Source of the DNA: Pseudomonadota bacterium
Lineage (GTDB): Bacteria; Bdellovibrionota; Bdellovibrionia; Bdellovibrionales; SG-bin7
Reading direction: 5' to 3'
DNA: 18,963 bases
Assembly (NCBI GenBank): GCA_034439715.1
Contig: JAWXAY010000110.1
Coordinates: forward strand, 1 to 18,963
The notes under the pieces were generated by a model, which did no database searches, was not told the DNA's origin, and saw only the letters and a list, made by a program, of their open reading frames with translations. Below are positions 8,306 to 15,705 of this stretch, in pieces; the stretch's first letter is position 1; each line of letters starts with the position of its first letter. A program made the translations under genes and the position numbers.

Positions 8306-9595
8306 ATGTTTTTAGAGCGAATTATTTTTGTTGCTGCAGTAACTTTCTCAGTATTTTCAATTTCAGCAGCCGAAAAAATTGGCGATCGCCTCAACTGTCC
8401 TAACGTTATCGATATTTCCGATTTTAGAGATCAAACCTTTTTGAGTTTCATGATTTCAACGGTTCGCCCCCAATTAAATAAATTAGCAACAAATGGCTAC
8501 CCAGTTGCTGGCAGCGAAGTGGTGAAAGAAGTACTTCGAAACGTCAGCGAGAAAGTGAAAATGAAGGCTTTAAGAGGCGCCGGTGATGACAATAGACTTG
8601 TGGAACTCGCTGAATCCCTAAAGGGAGAAACTGCGACTCTTTACACAATGCCGGGAAAAATTGCGGCCGTTGATAAAAAATTTGATCGTTATGGCTTATC
8701 GACCTTTTTGGGTTTGGCAAGTTGTGGTGGAGCAGTGATCAAGCTTTATGATGATAACTACGCCTATAATATTCACTATGGTTCAGGTAAGGTTCAGAAG
8801 GATCCTCAAACCGGCAGAAGTTTTGGTGCAGGCCCCGCGCGTCCGGCAGATGATGCCTCAGATAAGGCGTATTTAACTGACCTCGAGAAATATGTAACAA
8901 GTGGTTCAAATATTTCGGAATTCTTTGAGACACTTATTCAAGCGCTGACCAATAGCGATACCTCAAATTACAAATCGTTAAATGCCCACGGCCAGACTTT
9001 GTTGACTGACTTTTTAGCGGTTTATACGGCTGAGCAGGCGCGAAACCTCATGGATGAAAAAATATCTCTTCACTGGGATGCCGCTTTGTTAGAGGTTACA
9101 TTGCTTTCAGCCTTTCACTCGGGCCAAAGAGACGTCATGCTTTTCTTTAAAGACCCTGCCAGTAAATCAACATACTTTACAGAAAGTGTTTATAACCAAG
9201 CTCCCGGCGGCGAAAAGCGAGATAAAAAGAGAAAAGCTAAACTTATAGACTATTGGCAATTTAGCTCTCGCTCTGAACCTCAGTACAAAAACAGAAGTGG
9301 CATTAACGTTACTAAAGAGCAATTTAGGGAGCTCGGACTTGCTATCTCTGACTTCGAGAGAAAGAACAATCCTGACCTAGTAAAAAGAGTTGAGAAACAT
9401 TTTGCAGGAGTAAAAACCGGAGAAAACCTGTTCGAGGAGTTGTCACAATTCTTAATCAATTCTAGGACGCCTAAGAAACTTGGTAAAGTCGGCTATGATT
9501 TGGCCCAAGACTTTACCGCCTTTTTAAAACAGGCGGCTAGGGATGCTGAAGAAATAACGTCTTTGCTTAAAAAGAAACACCCAAAACTTTTGTAA
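8306..9595 (+). CDS. Secreted hypothetical protein (429 aa)
   Basis: Long ORF, AAGGAG RBS, Sec-type signal peptide (…VFSISA-AE). No family recognised. Confidence 0.85.
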   Translation: MFLERIIFVAAVTFSVFSISAAEKIGDRLNCPNVIDISDFRDQTFLSFMISTVRPQLNKLATNGYPVAGSEVVKEVLRNVSEKVKMKALRGAGDDNRLVELAESLKGETATLYTMPGKIAAVDKKFDRYGLSTFLGLASCGGAVIKLYDDNYAYNIHYGSGKVQKDPQTGRSFGAGPARPADDASDKAYLTDLEKYVTSGSNISEFFETLIQALTNSDTSNYKSLNAHGQTLLTDFLAVYTAEQARNLMDEKISLHWDAALLEVTLLSAFHSGQRDVMLFFKDPASKSTYFTESVYNQAPGGEKRDKKRKAKLIDYWQFSSRSEPQYKNRSGINVTKEQFRELGLAISDFERKNNPDLVKRVEKHFAGVKTGENLFEELSQFLINSRTPKKLGKVGYDLAQDFTAFLKQAARDAEEITSLLKKKHPKLL

Positions 9596-9604
9596 GGAGT
9601 TTTT

Positions 9605-10030
9605 ATGAAAAAAAATATATTGTCTATTTTAATTTTTACTTTTTTGGCGCCGATTTCAGCGTCGGCAGAATCTAAAACACGCCTTGATTGTCGTGCGGCA
9701 AAGATTCTTAATGACAACGTCTTTGAAGAGGGACTTTCAACCCACGAGTATCCAGATGTTTATCTTTTCCAGGAAGGCAGTAATCTGAATTTCAGTGTTG
9801 GCGCCATGCAGGACTATGATACGGCTGACGGTGCCGTTGTCGAAGTTAAGAAAAGGGGAGCTAAGACTGTTATAAAGGCCAACTATAAAGGTGAAAAGGA
9901 CTCAGTTGTTATCACTGTCAGTAACGACAGTGATGTCGATGGTAGTGGCAATAAATGGGCAAACCTAGATAAAATCGAAGGTGATGAGAGAATTCAAGTT
10001 GCTCTTTTAATCTGTAAAAAAGTTCCTTGA
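9605..10030 (+). CDS. Secreted hypothetical protein (141 aa)
   Basis: AAGGAG RBS overlapping the upstream stop, signal peptide ending ASA, and a Cys near each end of the mature chain. Confidence 0.8.
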   Translation: MKKNILSILIFTFLAPISASAESKTRLDCRAAKILNDNVFEEGLSTHEYPDVYLFQEGSNLNFSVGAMQDYDTADGAVVEVKKRGAKTVIKANYKGEKDSVVITVSNDSDVDGSGNKWANLDKIEGDERIQVALLICKKVP

Positions 10031-10034
10031 GGTT

Positions 10035-10520
10035 TTATTTACATTTTTTTAGTAAATATAGGTCTTTGGCCATCTGATAAAGTTTTTCATCATGAGAATT
10101 CAAGGCATCCTGAATACACACATCGATTTTTTCACATTGCTTTGCTTGAATTTCATGGGCGGGCAACTCAATTGTCTCCACACGAGTACCGGTAACGCAA
10201 ATATGGGCTCGGAATACACCCTCTTCAGAACCTGGATACCTATCTCCGTCCATCCTGTCCTTTGAGACCGTACAGTCAATATGAGAAATTTCACATTCTT
10301 TTTTGAGCCTTGTCTTTATTTTTTCGCCTTCGTGGTTCGCTCCTTGCCTGAATTTAAAGACGCCTGTGTAGTCGCAGTCCTCGTCGGTAGTGGAGCCCCA
10401 AATGTCAGGGTCAACAACGGTTTTTGTTTTTTCAACAGTGATATTACAAATAGAGCTCGACTGTGCACCGGCATTTAGTGACAGAGCGAACACTCCAAAA
10501 ATAATTAATAGATTTTTCAT
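10035..10520 (-). CDS. Secreted Cys-rich hypothetical protein (161 aa)
   Basis: AGGAG RBS, signal peptide ending AGA, eight Cys in the mature part. Confidence 0.8.
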   Translation of the reverse strand: MKNLLIIFGVFALSLNAGAQSSSICNITVEKTKTVVDPDIWGSTTDEDCDYTGVFKFRQGANHEGEKIKTRLKKECEISHIDCTVSKDRMDGDRYPGSEEGVFRAHICVTGTRVETIELPAHEIQAKQCEKIDVCIQDALNSHDEKLYQMAKDLYLLKKCK

Positions 10521-10533
10521 TTCAATTCTCCTT

Positions 10534-10935
10534 TTAGTTTAGTTCTCTTTCAAGCATGGCCTTGATTGCTTGGCGCGTGCCTTCCATAAACTTAGTTTGG
10601 TATAACAAGTCGTATTCCTTTTTATCTATTTCCGAGATACCGAAGACCGAATTTGCTTTAGCAAATATTTTTTCATAAAAATCATACAACTCAAATCTTT
10701 GGCTATTATACTCTTTCCAACTTTGTTCCGTTAGGCCGAGGAAAACGGCTGCTTCAGCGCTCAGTTCTGGAAAGGCACGAACGCTTGATTGATCGGTAGG
10801 GGGCACGATGCCGCCACCACTACTTGCTAAGTCGACAAGAGAAGGGGATGCCTCTAATTTTTGAGTGAGGGATAGGACTCCGATCAGGCAGGCTAGAGAT
10901 ATTACTAAGATTTTCGATATATAATTATTTTTCAT
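10534..10935 (-). CDS. Secreted hypothetical protein (133 aa)
   Basis: AGGA RBS, N-terminal signal peptide, 13 bp from the downstream co-oriented gene. Confidence 0.75.
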   Translation of the reverse strand: MKNNYISKILVISLACLIGVLSLTQKLEASPSLVDLASSGGGIVPPTDQSSVRAFPELSAEAAVFLGLTEQSWKEYNSQRFELYDFYEKIFAKANSVFGISEIDKKEYDLLYQTKFMEGTRQAIKAMLERELN

Positions 10936-11040
10936 AAATCCTACTTTCCAAAGGTTGAATTTACGCGAATTTTATAAAAGAGTAAGTTGCTAGGTATAGC
11001 TTGGAAGACTGCCAAAAAGCGGCCCTCTATAAATGACCTC

Positions 11041-11235
11041 AAACTGATACCCTTTAGTGGTATGGCTTCGATCTAGCGTCTCGAAAAACTCATAAATTTA
11101 AAGAGCTTATGTCCTCTCGTTGCTTTCCAAATACACTTAGGTGTATTTGGACCACAAGGAGTCCGAGATGCCTCTGAGTTTACTGAACTTTTCGACGCGT
11201 GAGAGAGTATCCATACCACTAAAGGGTATCAGTTT
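11041..11235. repeat. 195-bp element with perfect 25-bp terminal inverted repeats and a centred hairpin (MITE-like or structured ncRNA)
   Basis: AAACTGATACCCTTTAGTGGTATGG (11041-11065) and its exact reverse complement (11211-11235). An 11-bp hairpin TCCAAATACAC-TTAG-GTGTATTTGGA (11126-11151) sits at the midpoint. Confidence 0.9.
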
Positions 11236-11264
11236 AAAACGCATAAGATAGTGAACACTCGACG

Positions 11265-11615
11265 TTAATTTTTAATTACGTCTTTTATTAGTTCTCGAGC
11301 CTCAGCTATATCGTCCGACGCCAGAGCTGTTGTACATCCGAAGTAAATGCTTTTTTCAATTTGAATTTGGTGGTTAGGATATGTTGCTATCATTTTGTCG
11401 AAATGAGCTCGCAATTGTGTCAATTGATTGGGATTCAAATTTAGTTCAAAGGCTGCATTAAAGGCGATTAGGCCAGATGCCAGACGAACTTCAGCTGATT
11501 TGTTTTCCGACACATCACTAAAATACTGATTACAGGCTTCGTCTTTGGGATGAGCCGCCAAAGCAGACGAAGTACTCATAACAATTGTTGTCACTAATAG
11601 GACTAAAGTTTTCAT
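11265..11615 (-). CDS. Secreted hypothetical protein (116 aa)
   Basis: AAGGA RBS, signal peptide ending ALA, two Cys. Confidence 0.8.
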   Translation of the reverse strand: MKTLVLLVTTIVMSTSSALAAHPKDEACNQYFSDVSENKSAEVRLASGLIAFNAAFELNLNPNQLTQLRAHFDKMIATYPNHQIQIEKSIYFGCTTALASDDIAEARELIKDVIKN

Positions 11616-11668
11616 AAAGATTCCTTCGGTACGAGTTAATTGGTTTTAATCGTAAAGGAGAGATAAAC

Positions 11669-11684
11669 TGCGATTTTCGTGCCA
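11669..11684 (-). promoter_or_regulatory. Putative sigma54 -24/-12 promoter
   Basis: Minus strand TGGCACGAAAATCGCA, a close match to TGGCACG-N4-TTGC, about 55 bp upstream of 11615. Confidence 0.75.
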
Positions 11685-11789
11685 TTCATTACCACTATTC
11701 CTGAGGCGAATATCCTCCCCTTACTTGAGTCAATTTTACTCTTCCTATTTTAAAATTGCGGCCGATGGGTCCCTTGCTCGTCTGCACCT

Positions 11790-11805
11790 TGGCATGCTTG
11801 TCGCA
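11790..11805 (+). promoter_or_regulatory. Putative sigma54 -24/-12 promoter
   Basis: TGGCATGCTTGTCGCA, GG-N10-GC, about 40 bp upstream of 11844. Confidence 0.7.
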
Positions 11806-11843
11806 AAAGAGAAATTTGGAATATTCACAACAGGGGGATAAAA

Positions 11844-12443
11844 ATGAAAAAATTTAATAAGATGAACTTACTCTTCACGATCGTCCTTGCGAGCTCATCA
11901 GCGTTTGCAGATGACATTTCGCTGGGAATACCGGGCTATGGTGGATCAGGTTGCCCAGCCGGGACCGTATCTGTCACTTTAAGTCCTGATGCTCAAAGTC
12001 TGAGCCTACTTTTTGATGCCTACATTGTAGAAGTTGGTGGATTTACTGGACGAAATTTTGATCGTAAAAGTTGCAACGTAGCTATTCCGGTCCATGTTCC
12101 ACAAGGCTATAGTGTATCAATTCTCAAAGTTGATTATCGCGGATTTAACAATCTCCCGCGGTTCGCGTCGTCTCAATTTAACGTTGAGTACTTTTTCGCG
12201 GGAAGCCAGGGACCCAGTTTTAGAAGATCTTTTTATGGGCCACTTACAAATGACTACTTAATCGAAAATCAGCTGAGTGTTACGGCGTTAGTTTGGTCAG
12301 CCTGTGGAGCTGATGTAAATTTGCGAACAAATTCGAGCATCAGAGTGAGTACGAATAACAACCAAGAAGCCATGGCGACCGTCGACTCCGAAGATGTAAA
12401 TGCGGCAATTATTTACCGGCTGCAATGGCGTCGATGCGGATAA
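11844..12443 (+). CDS. DUF4360 domain secreted protein
   Basis: Signal peptide, GGSGCPAGT…LSLLFD…RKSCNVAIPVHVPQGYS…VDYRGF…WSACG…LQWRRC. Confidence 0.9.
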   Translation: MKKFNKMNLLFTIVLASSSAFADDISLGIPGYGGSGCPAGTVSVTLSPDAQSLSLLFDAYIVEVGGFTGRNFDRKSCNVAIPVHVPQGYSVSILKVDYRGFNNLPRFASSQFNVEYFFAGSQGPSFRRSFYGPLTNDYLIENQLSVTALVWSACGADVNLRTNSSIRVSTNNNQEAMATVDSEDVNAAIIYRLQWRRCG

Positions 12444-12480
12444 TAATAGATGTGGATGATAATAGATGCGGATGATAATA
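12433..12480 (+). repeat. Tandem repeat, 3 x 16 bp (GATGYGGATRATAATA)
   Basis: Units at 12433-12448, 12449-12464 and 12465-12480. The first unit contains the stop codon of the DUF4360 gene. Confidence 0.9.
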
Positions 12481-12494
12481 TTATTTAGTTAACT

Positions 12495-12512
12495 GCGGGG
12501 CAAGCGCCCCGC
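12495..12512 (+). terminator. GC-rich hairpin between the DUF4360 paralogues (weak terminator or stabiliser)
   Basis: GCGGGGC-AAGC-GCCCCGC, with a poor U-tract. Confidence 0.45.
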
Positions 12513-12534
12513 GCTAATTTAAAGGAAGACATCA

Positions 12535-13113
12535 ATGTTCTTATTATTAAAATTGTTTTTTGATGTTGTGTTTTCACTAACAGCGGTATTTGCGCAGGGA
12601 GCTAGTGGCTGCCCAAATGGAACATATTCGGTGGTAACTTCTCCTGATGGGGGCACCATCAGCATACTTTTTGATAGCTTCAAAGTAGAAGCGGGTGGAA
12701 GCACGGGCTTGGATATGGACCGGAAATCTTGCAACCTAAGCGTTCCTTTGGTTTTACCTGCTGGTTATAGTATTGGCGTCTACAAGGTAGATTATCGCGG
12801 TTTTGCCCAATTAAGTGAAAAGCAACATTCTGAATTATTAGTCGATTATGCTTTAGGCCCACATGACAACGGCCGCATCTACCGCAGAAAAGTAAAGGGA
12901 ATCTTTTTGGGAGATTTTTTGTTCACAGAAACTTTGGGCGCAGGTGCAATGAAAAGGGTGGGTTGTGGCGCGACTGCCAATCTAAACGTTACCATTGCAC
13001 TTAGTTTACAAGCGAGCGGCAGCTCTGAACAAGCCATCGCGTCACTAGATTCGGTGGATGGAGCTCCCAAAGGCGGACTAATCTACCACTTCAATTATAA
13101 AAAATGCCGCTGA
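12535..13113 (+). CDS. DUF4360 domain protein (second paralogue)
   Basis: SGCPNGT…ISILFD…RKSCNLSVPLVLPAGYS…VDYRGF…YKKC aligns by eye with the upstream gene. AAGGA RBS. Confidence 0.88.
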   Translation: MFLLLKLFFDVVFSLTAVFAQGASGCPNGTYSVVTSPDGGTISILFDSFKVEAGGSTGLDMDRKSCNLSVPLVLPAGYSIGVYKVDYRGFAQLSEKQHSELLVDYALGPHDNGRIYRRKVKGIFLGDFLFTETLGAGAMKRVGCGATANLNVTIALSLQASGSSEQAIASLDSVDGAPKGGLIYHFNYKKCR

Positions 13114-13203
13114 AGAAATTGGAAGACGAGGCGAATTGGTTCTCACCGGATCAAATTGGTACATGATTTTGCCGAGGGCAGAGTATAATTCGTTTTCGCG
13201 TTT

Positions 13204-13219
13204 TGGTCCCGCATTTGCA
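13204..13219 (+). promoter_or_regulatory. Possible sigma54 -24/-12 promoter
   Basis: TGGTCCCGCATTTGCA, GG-N10-GC, 60 bp upstream of the ATG at 13279. Confidence 0.5.
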
Positions 13220-13278
13220 GTTCGGCAATTATGTGAATAATATATTGGCGATTGAATCGCCAGAACAGGATTAATTTT

Positions 13279-14499
13279 ATGCATAACCGTAAAACCATTC
13301 TTGGAATATCTTTGATAGTCATCCTCACAGCCTGTGATGGAAGCCGCCGCAGAAATGCCCCTGATGCAAAAAACTTAAAGCCACAGGGCGAGCAACTCGA
13401 AGAGGGCAAGCAAACTTTTCGCTTCGAAACTTTTGGTGATGAAACGTTGTGGAGCGATTCACTGCGCCTACACGAAGTGATTCGTACTTCAGTTGATCCA
13501 TTAACGGCGTTTTCCGTTGGTCTTAAGATCGACTCCGAGGCGCTTCCGGAGGCGGTTGTACTGGGAATTCAGAATGGAGCCGTCAATCTTACAAGTCCTG
13601 ACACCACAGTAGCTCTGTTAAAGCTTAATGCAATCGTTGGCCTTAAGGGTACTGTCCAAACAATTAATGGCAAAGATACACTGACTCGAGTGGGAGTTAC
13701 CTGCGCCTTATGCCACTCAACAGTAGATAATTCAGTTGCTCCCGGCATCGGCAAGCGCCTGGACGGCTGGCCTAACCGTGATCTAAATCCTGGGGCCATT
13801 ATCGCTCTCTCGCCAGCGCTAACGTCGGCACAGAAAGCGATTTACAATTCCTGGGGTAAAGGAAAATATGATCCGCGCTTCAATCAGGACGGCATTAATG
13901 GTCCCCAAGTTATTCCGCCAGCCTATGGACTCAAGGGAGTGAATCGCATCACTTCAACAGGCGATGGTGAAAACATCGCCTACTGGAATCGTTATGTTGG
14001 CGTTACCCAAATGGGTGGCCACGGAACATTTTCAGAACAAAGAACGGGATTGAACATCACTATCGGAACAAATGACCTGATCACCAATAAATTGGCGGCA
14101 CTCCAGGCCTACCAGCTTTCTTTGGCGGCTCCATCAGCGCCCGTGGGAAGCTTCGATCCGACAGCGGCACTACGAGGTAAAGCGATCTTCGCAGGTACGG
14201 CAAAGTGCAACAGATGCCATAGCGGAGCCCAATTCACAGACGCCAACGAGCGCCTACATCCACCAAGTGAAGTAGTGAGTGAACCTGAGCTCAATGGTGT
14301 ACCTAGTTACGCATCTCGCAGCGCCACCAAGCAATACAGAACAGCACCGTTAAAGGGTGTGTGGCAGCATGCGCCGTATTTTCACAATGGATCGGCCGCT
14401 ACCCTGGATGAGGTCGTTGCGACTTACAACAGCCGACAGGCGCTGGGATTGAGTGAAGAAAATATGAGGGATCTGACTCAATATCTGAAATCCTTGTGA
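13279..14499 (+). CDS. Di-haem c-type cytochrome lipoprotein (cytochrome c peroxidase/RoxA-like C-terminus)
   Basis: Lipobox LTAC after the ATG at 13279 (AGGA RBS), two CxxCH motifs (CALCH, CNRCH) and C-terminal YRTAPLKGVWQHAPYFHNGS. Confidence 0.85.
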   Translation: MHNRKTILGISLIVILTACDGSRRRNAPDAKNLKPQGEQLEEGKQTFRFETFGDETLWSDSLRLHEVIRTSVDPLTAFSVGLKIDSEALPEAVVLGIQNGAVNLTSPDTTVALLKLNAIVGLKGTVQTINGKDTLTRVGVTCALCHSTVDNSVAPGIGKRLDGWPNRDLNPGAIIALSPALTSAQKAIYNSWGKGKYDPRFNQDGINGPQVIPPAYGLKGVNRITSTGDGENIAYWNRYVGVTQMGGHGTFSEQRTGLNITIGTNDLITNKLAALQAYQLSLAAPSAPVGSFDPTAALRGKAIFAGTAKCNRCHSGAQFTDANERLHPPSEVVSEPELNGVPSYASRSATKQYRTAPLKGVWQHAPYFHNGSAATLDEVVATYNSRQALGLSEENMRDLTQYLKSL

Positions 14500-14508
14500 T
14501 AACTTATT

Positions 14509-14757
14509 CTATGGGCGTTTCGAGATTATTTTTAAGAAAGCTAAAACGAGAATGGCTCCGACAACAGCCCCCATAAAACCTGCGGGTTCGCCAATCTGAT
14601 AGATACCGAATACTTGTCCAAGATAAGATCCCAAAAAGGCTCCTGCAATTCCTAAAAGGGTTGTGAAAATGAAACCCATTTTATCGTCACCAGGTTTCAA
14701 AAATCGGGCAACTAAACCCACAAGAAACCCAATTACAATAGTTCCAATTATTCCCAT
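14509..14757 (-). CDS. GlsB/YeaQ/YmgE family (transglycosylase-associated) small membrane protein
   Basis: IIGxIVIGFLVGLVARFLKPG…TTLLGIAGAFLG…GAVVGAILVL, three hydrophobic segments. Confidence 0.92.
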   Translation of the reverse strand: MGIIGTIVIGFLVGLVARFLKPGDDKMGFIFTTLLGIAGAFLGSYLGQVFGIYQIGEPAGFMGAVVGAILVLAFLKIISKRP

Positions 14758-14827
14758 TTCAAACCCCCACTGCTTACGATTCTCTGGTCAATCTTAGCGG
14801 TCGACCTCGGGGCTTGGCAAGGTGATT

Positions 14828-15688
14828 TTATCTGTCTCGTTTTTCCTTCGCGAACTGCAAAAACTGTTGTGCTGGTCTTGATAAAAGTTTGGGACTTTTG
14901 TAATAGGCGCAAAGCTTGTATTCAATATAAGGAATCTTGTCGAATCTTTCGAGATTAGAGTGGGTGGTAAGCATAAAATCGGGAACGAGGCCATAACCAA
15001 GACCACAGCTAACGAAGCTACAAATTACATTCCAGCTATCAACAGTCATGATTATGGGCGCCGGTTTTTTAAATCGTAATTGATATAATTTTTGAAGCTC
15101 ACTTACTTCATTACGTGTTTCCGTCACAATAAACTGAGGTTCAGCAATTAACTTGCTATGCGATTTGCTTCTAATGGTAATAAAATTGCCCTTATGTATG
15201 GTGTCGATAGTGAGGCCCTGTGCACCACCTTTGTCAATAGCTAGTCCAATTTCAATAACTCCGTCCGCTACCCAATCTTTTATTGTTTCTGTTTTGCCCA
15301 ATTTTAGAATGGGATGCACTTTAGGACTTATTTTTTTTATCTTAGCAAAAATCTCCGAAATTAAATGGATCGATATTGATTGACTCGATCCCAGTATTAA
15401 ATCACCAGAAATTTCCTGGGCAGAATTTTTAATCTGATGTTCTAACGAAACCAGACTTTCAAAAATAGGTTTTGCATGTTTTAAAAGTAATTTGCCTTCA
15501 GCCGTTACATGAAACGCATTTTTTTGATGAAGAATCAATTCAACGCCCAGTTGATCTTCTAATTTTCTAATGCCTTGACTGATCGCTGGCTGAGAAACGT
15601 TATTGGAGCGCGCTGAGGCTGCGACGCTCCCGTATTGGGCAGCATCGCAGAAATACTTTAGAAGTGAGACGTTTGAAACCTTAAAAAT
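14828..15688 (-). CDS. LysR-family transcriptional regulator (286 aa), probable ATT start
   Basis: The frame is open 50 codons upstream of the ORF-track start and encodes the LysR HTH (LLKYFCDAAQYGSVAASARSNNVSQPAISQGIRKLEDQLGVEL). GGAGGT lies 5 nt before ATT (15688-15686), and an in-frame TAA lies two codons further upstream. Confidence 0.85.
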   Translation of the reverse strand: MFKVSNVSLLKYFCDAAQYGSVAASARSNNVSQPAISQGIRKLEDQLGVELILHQKNAFHVTAEGKLLLKHAKPIFESLVSLEHQIKNSAQEISGDLILGSSQSISIHLISEIFAKIKKISPKVHPILKLGKTETIKDWVADGVIEIGLAIDKGGAQGLTIDTIHKGNFITIRSKSHSKLIAEPQFIVTETRNEVSELQKLYQLRFKKPAPIIMTVDSWNVICSFVSCGLGYGLVPDFMLTTHSNLERFDKIPYIEYKLCAYYKSPKLLSRPAQQFLQFAKEKRDR

Positions 15689-15705
15689 AGATTACCTCCA
15701 AGTTA

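Noticed and set aside
10998..11014. Sigma54-like motif upstream of 10935 (TGGCAGTCTTCCAAGC, minus strand)
   Set aside because: GG-to-GC spacing is 11, not the required 10.
11041..11235. Retron msr-msd or canonical integron attC interpretation of the IR element
   Set aside because: No reverse transcriptase or integrase nearby, the ends do not fit RYYYAAC/GTTRRRY, and no similar site follows neighbouring genes.
13114..13200. Possible riboswitch-like fold and three AATTGG copies upstream of the cytochrome gene
   Set aside because: Pairings rely on several G-U pairs, and no known aptamer consensus was recognisable.
12519..15383. Short ORFs overlapping the DUF4360, cytochrome and LysR genes (e.g. 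12519-12734, 13143-13409, 13569-13799, 14794-15006, 15153-15383)
   Set aside because: Shadow frames of well-supported genes, with no RBS or recognisable features.
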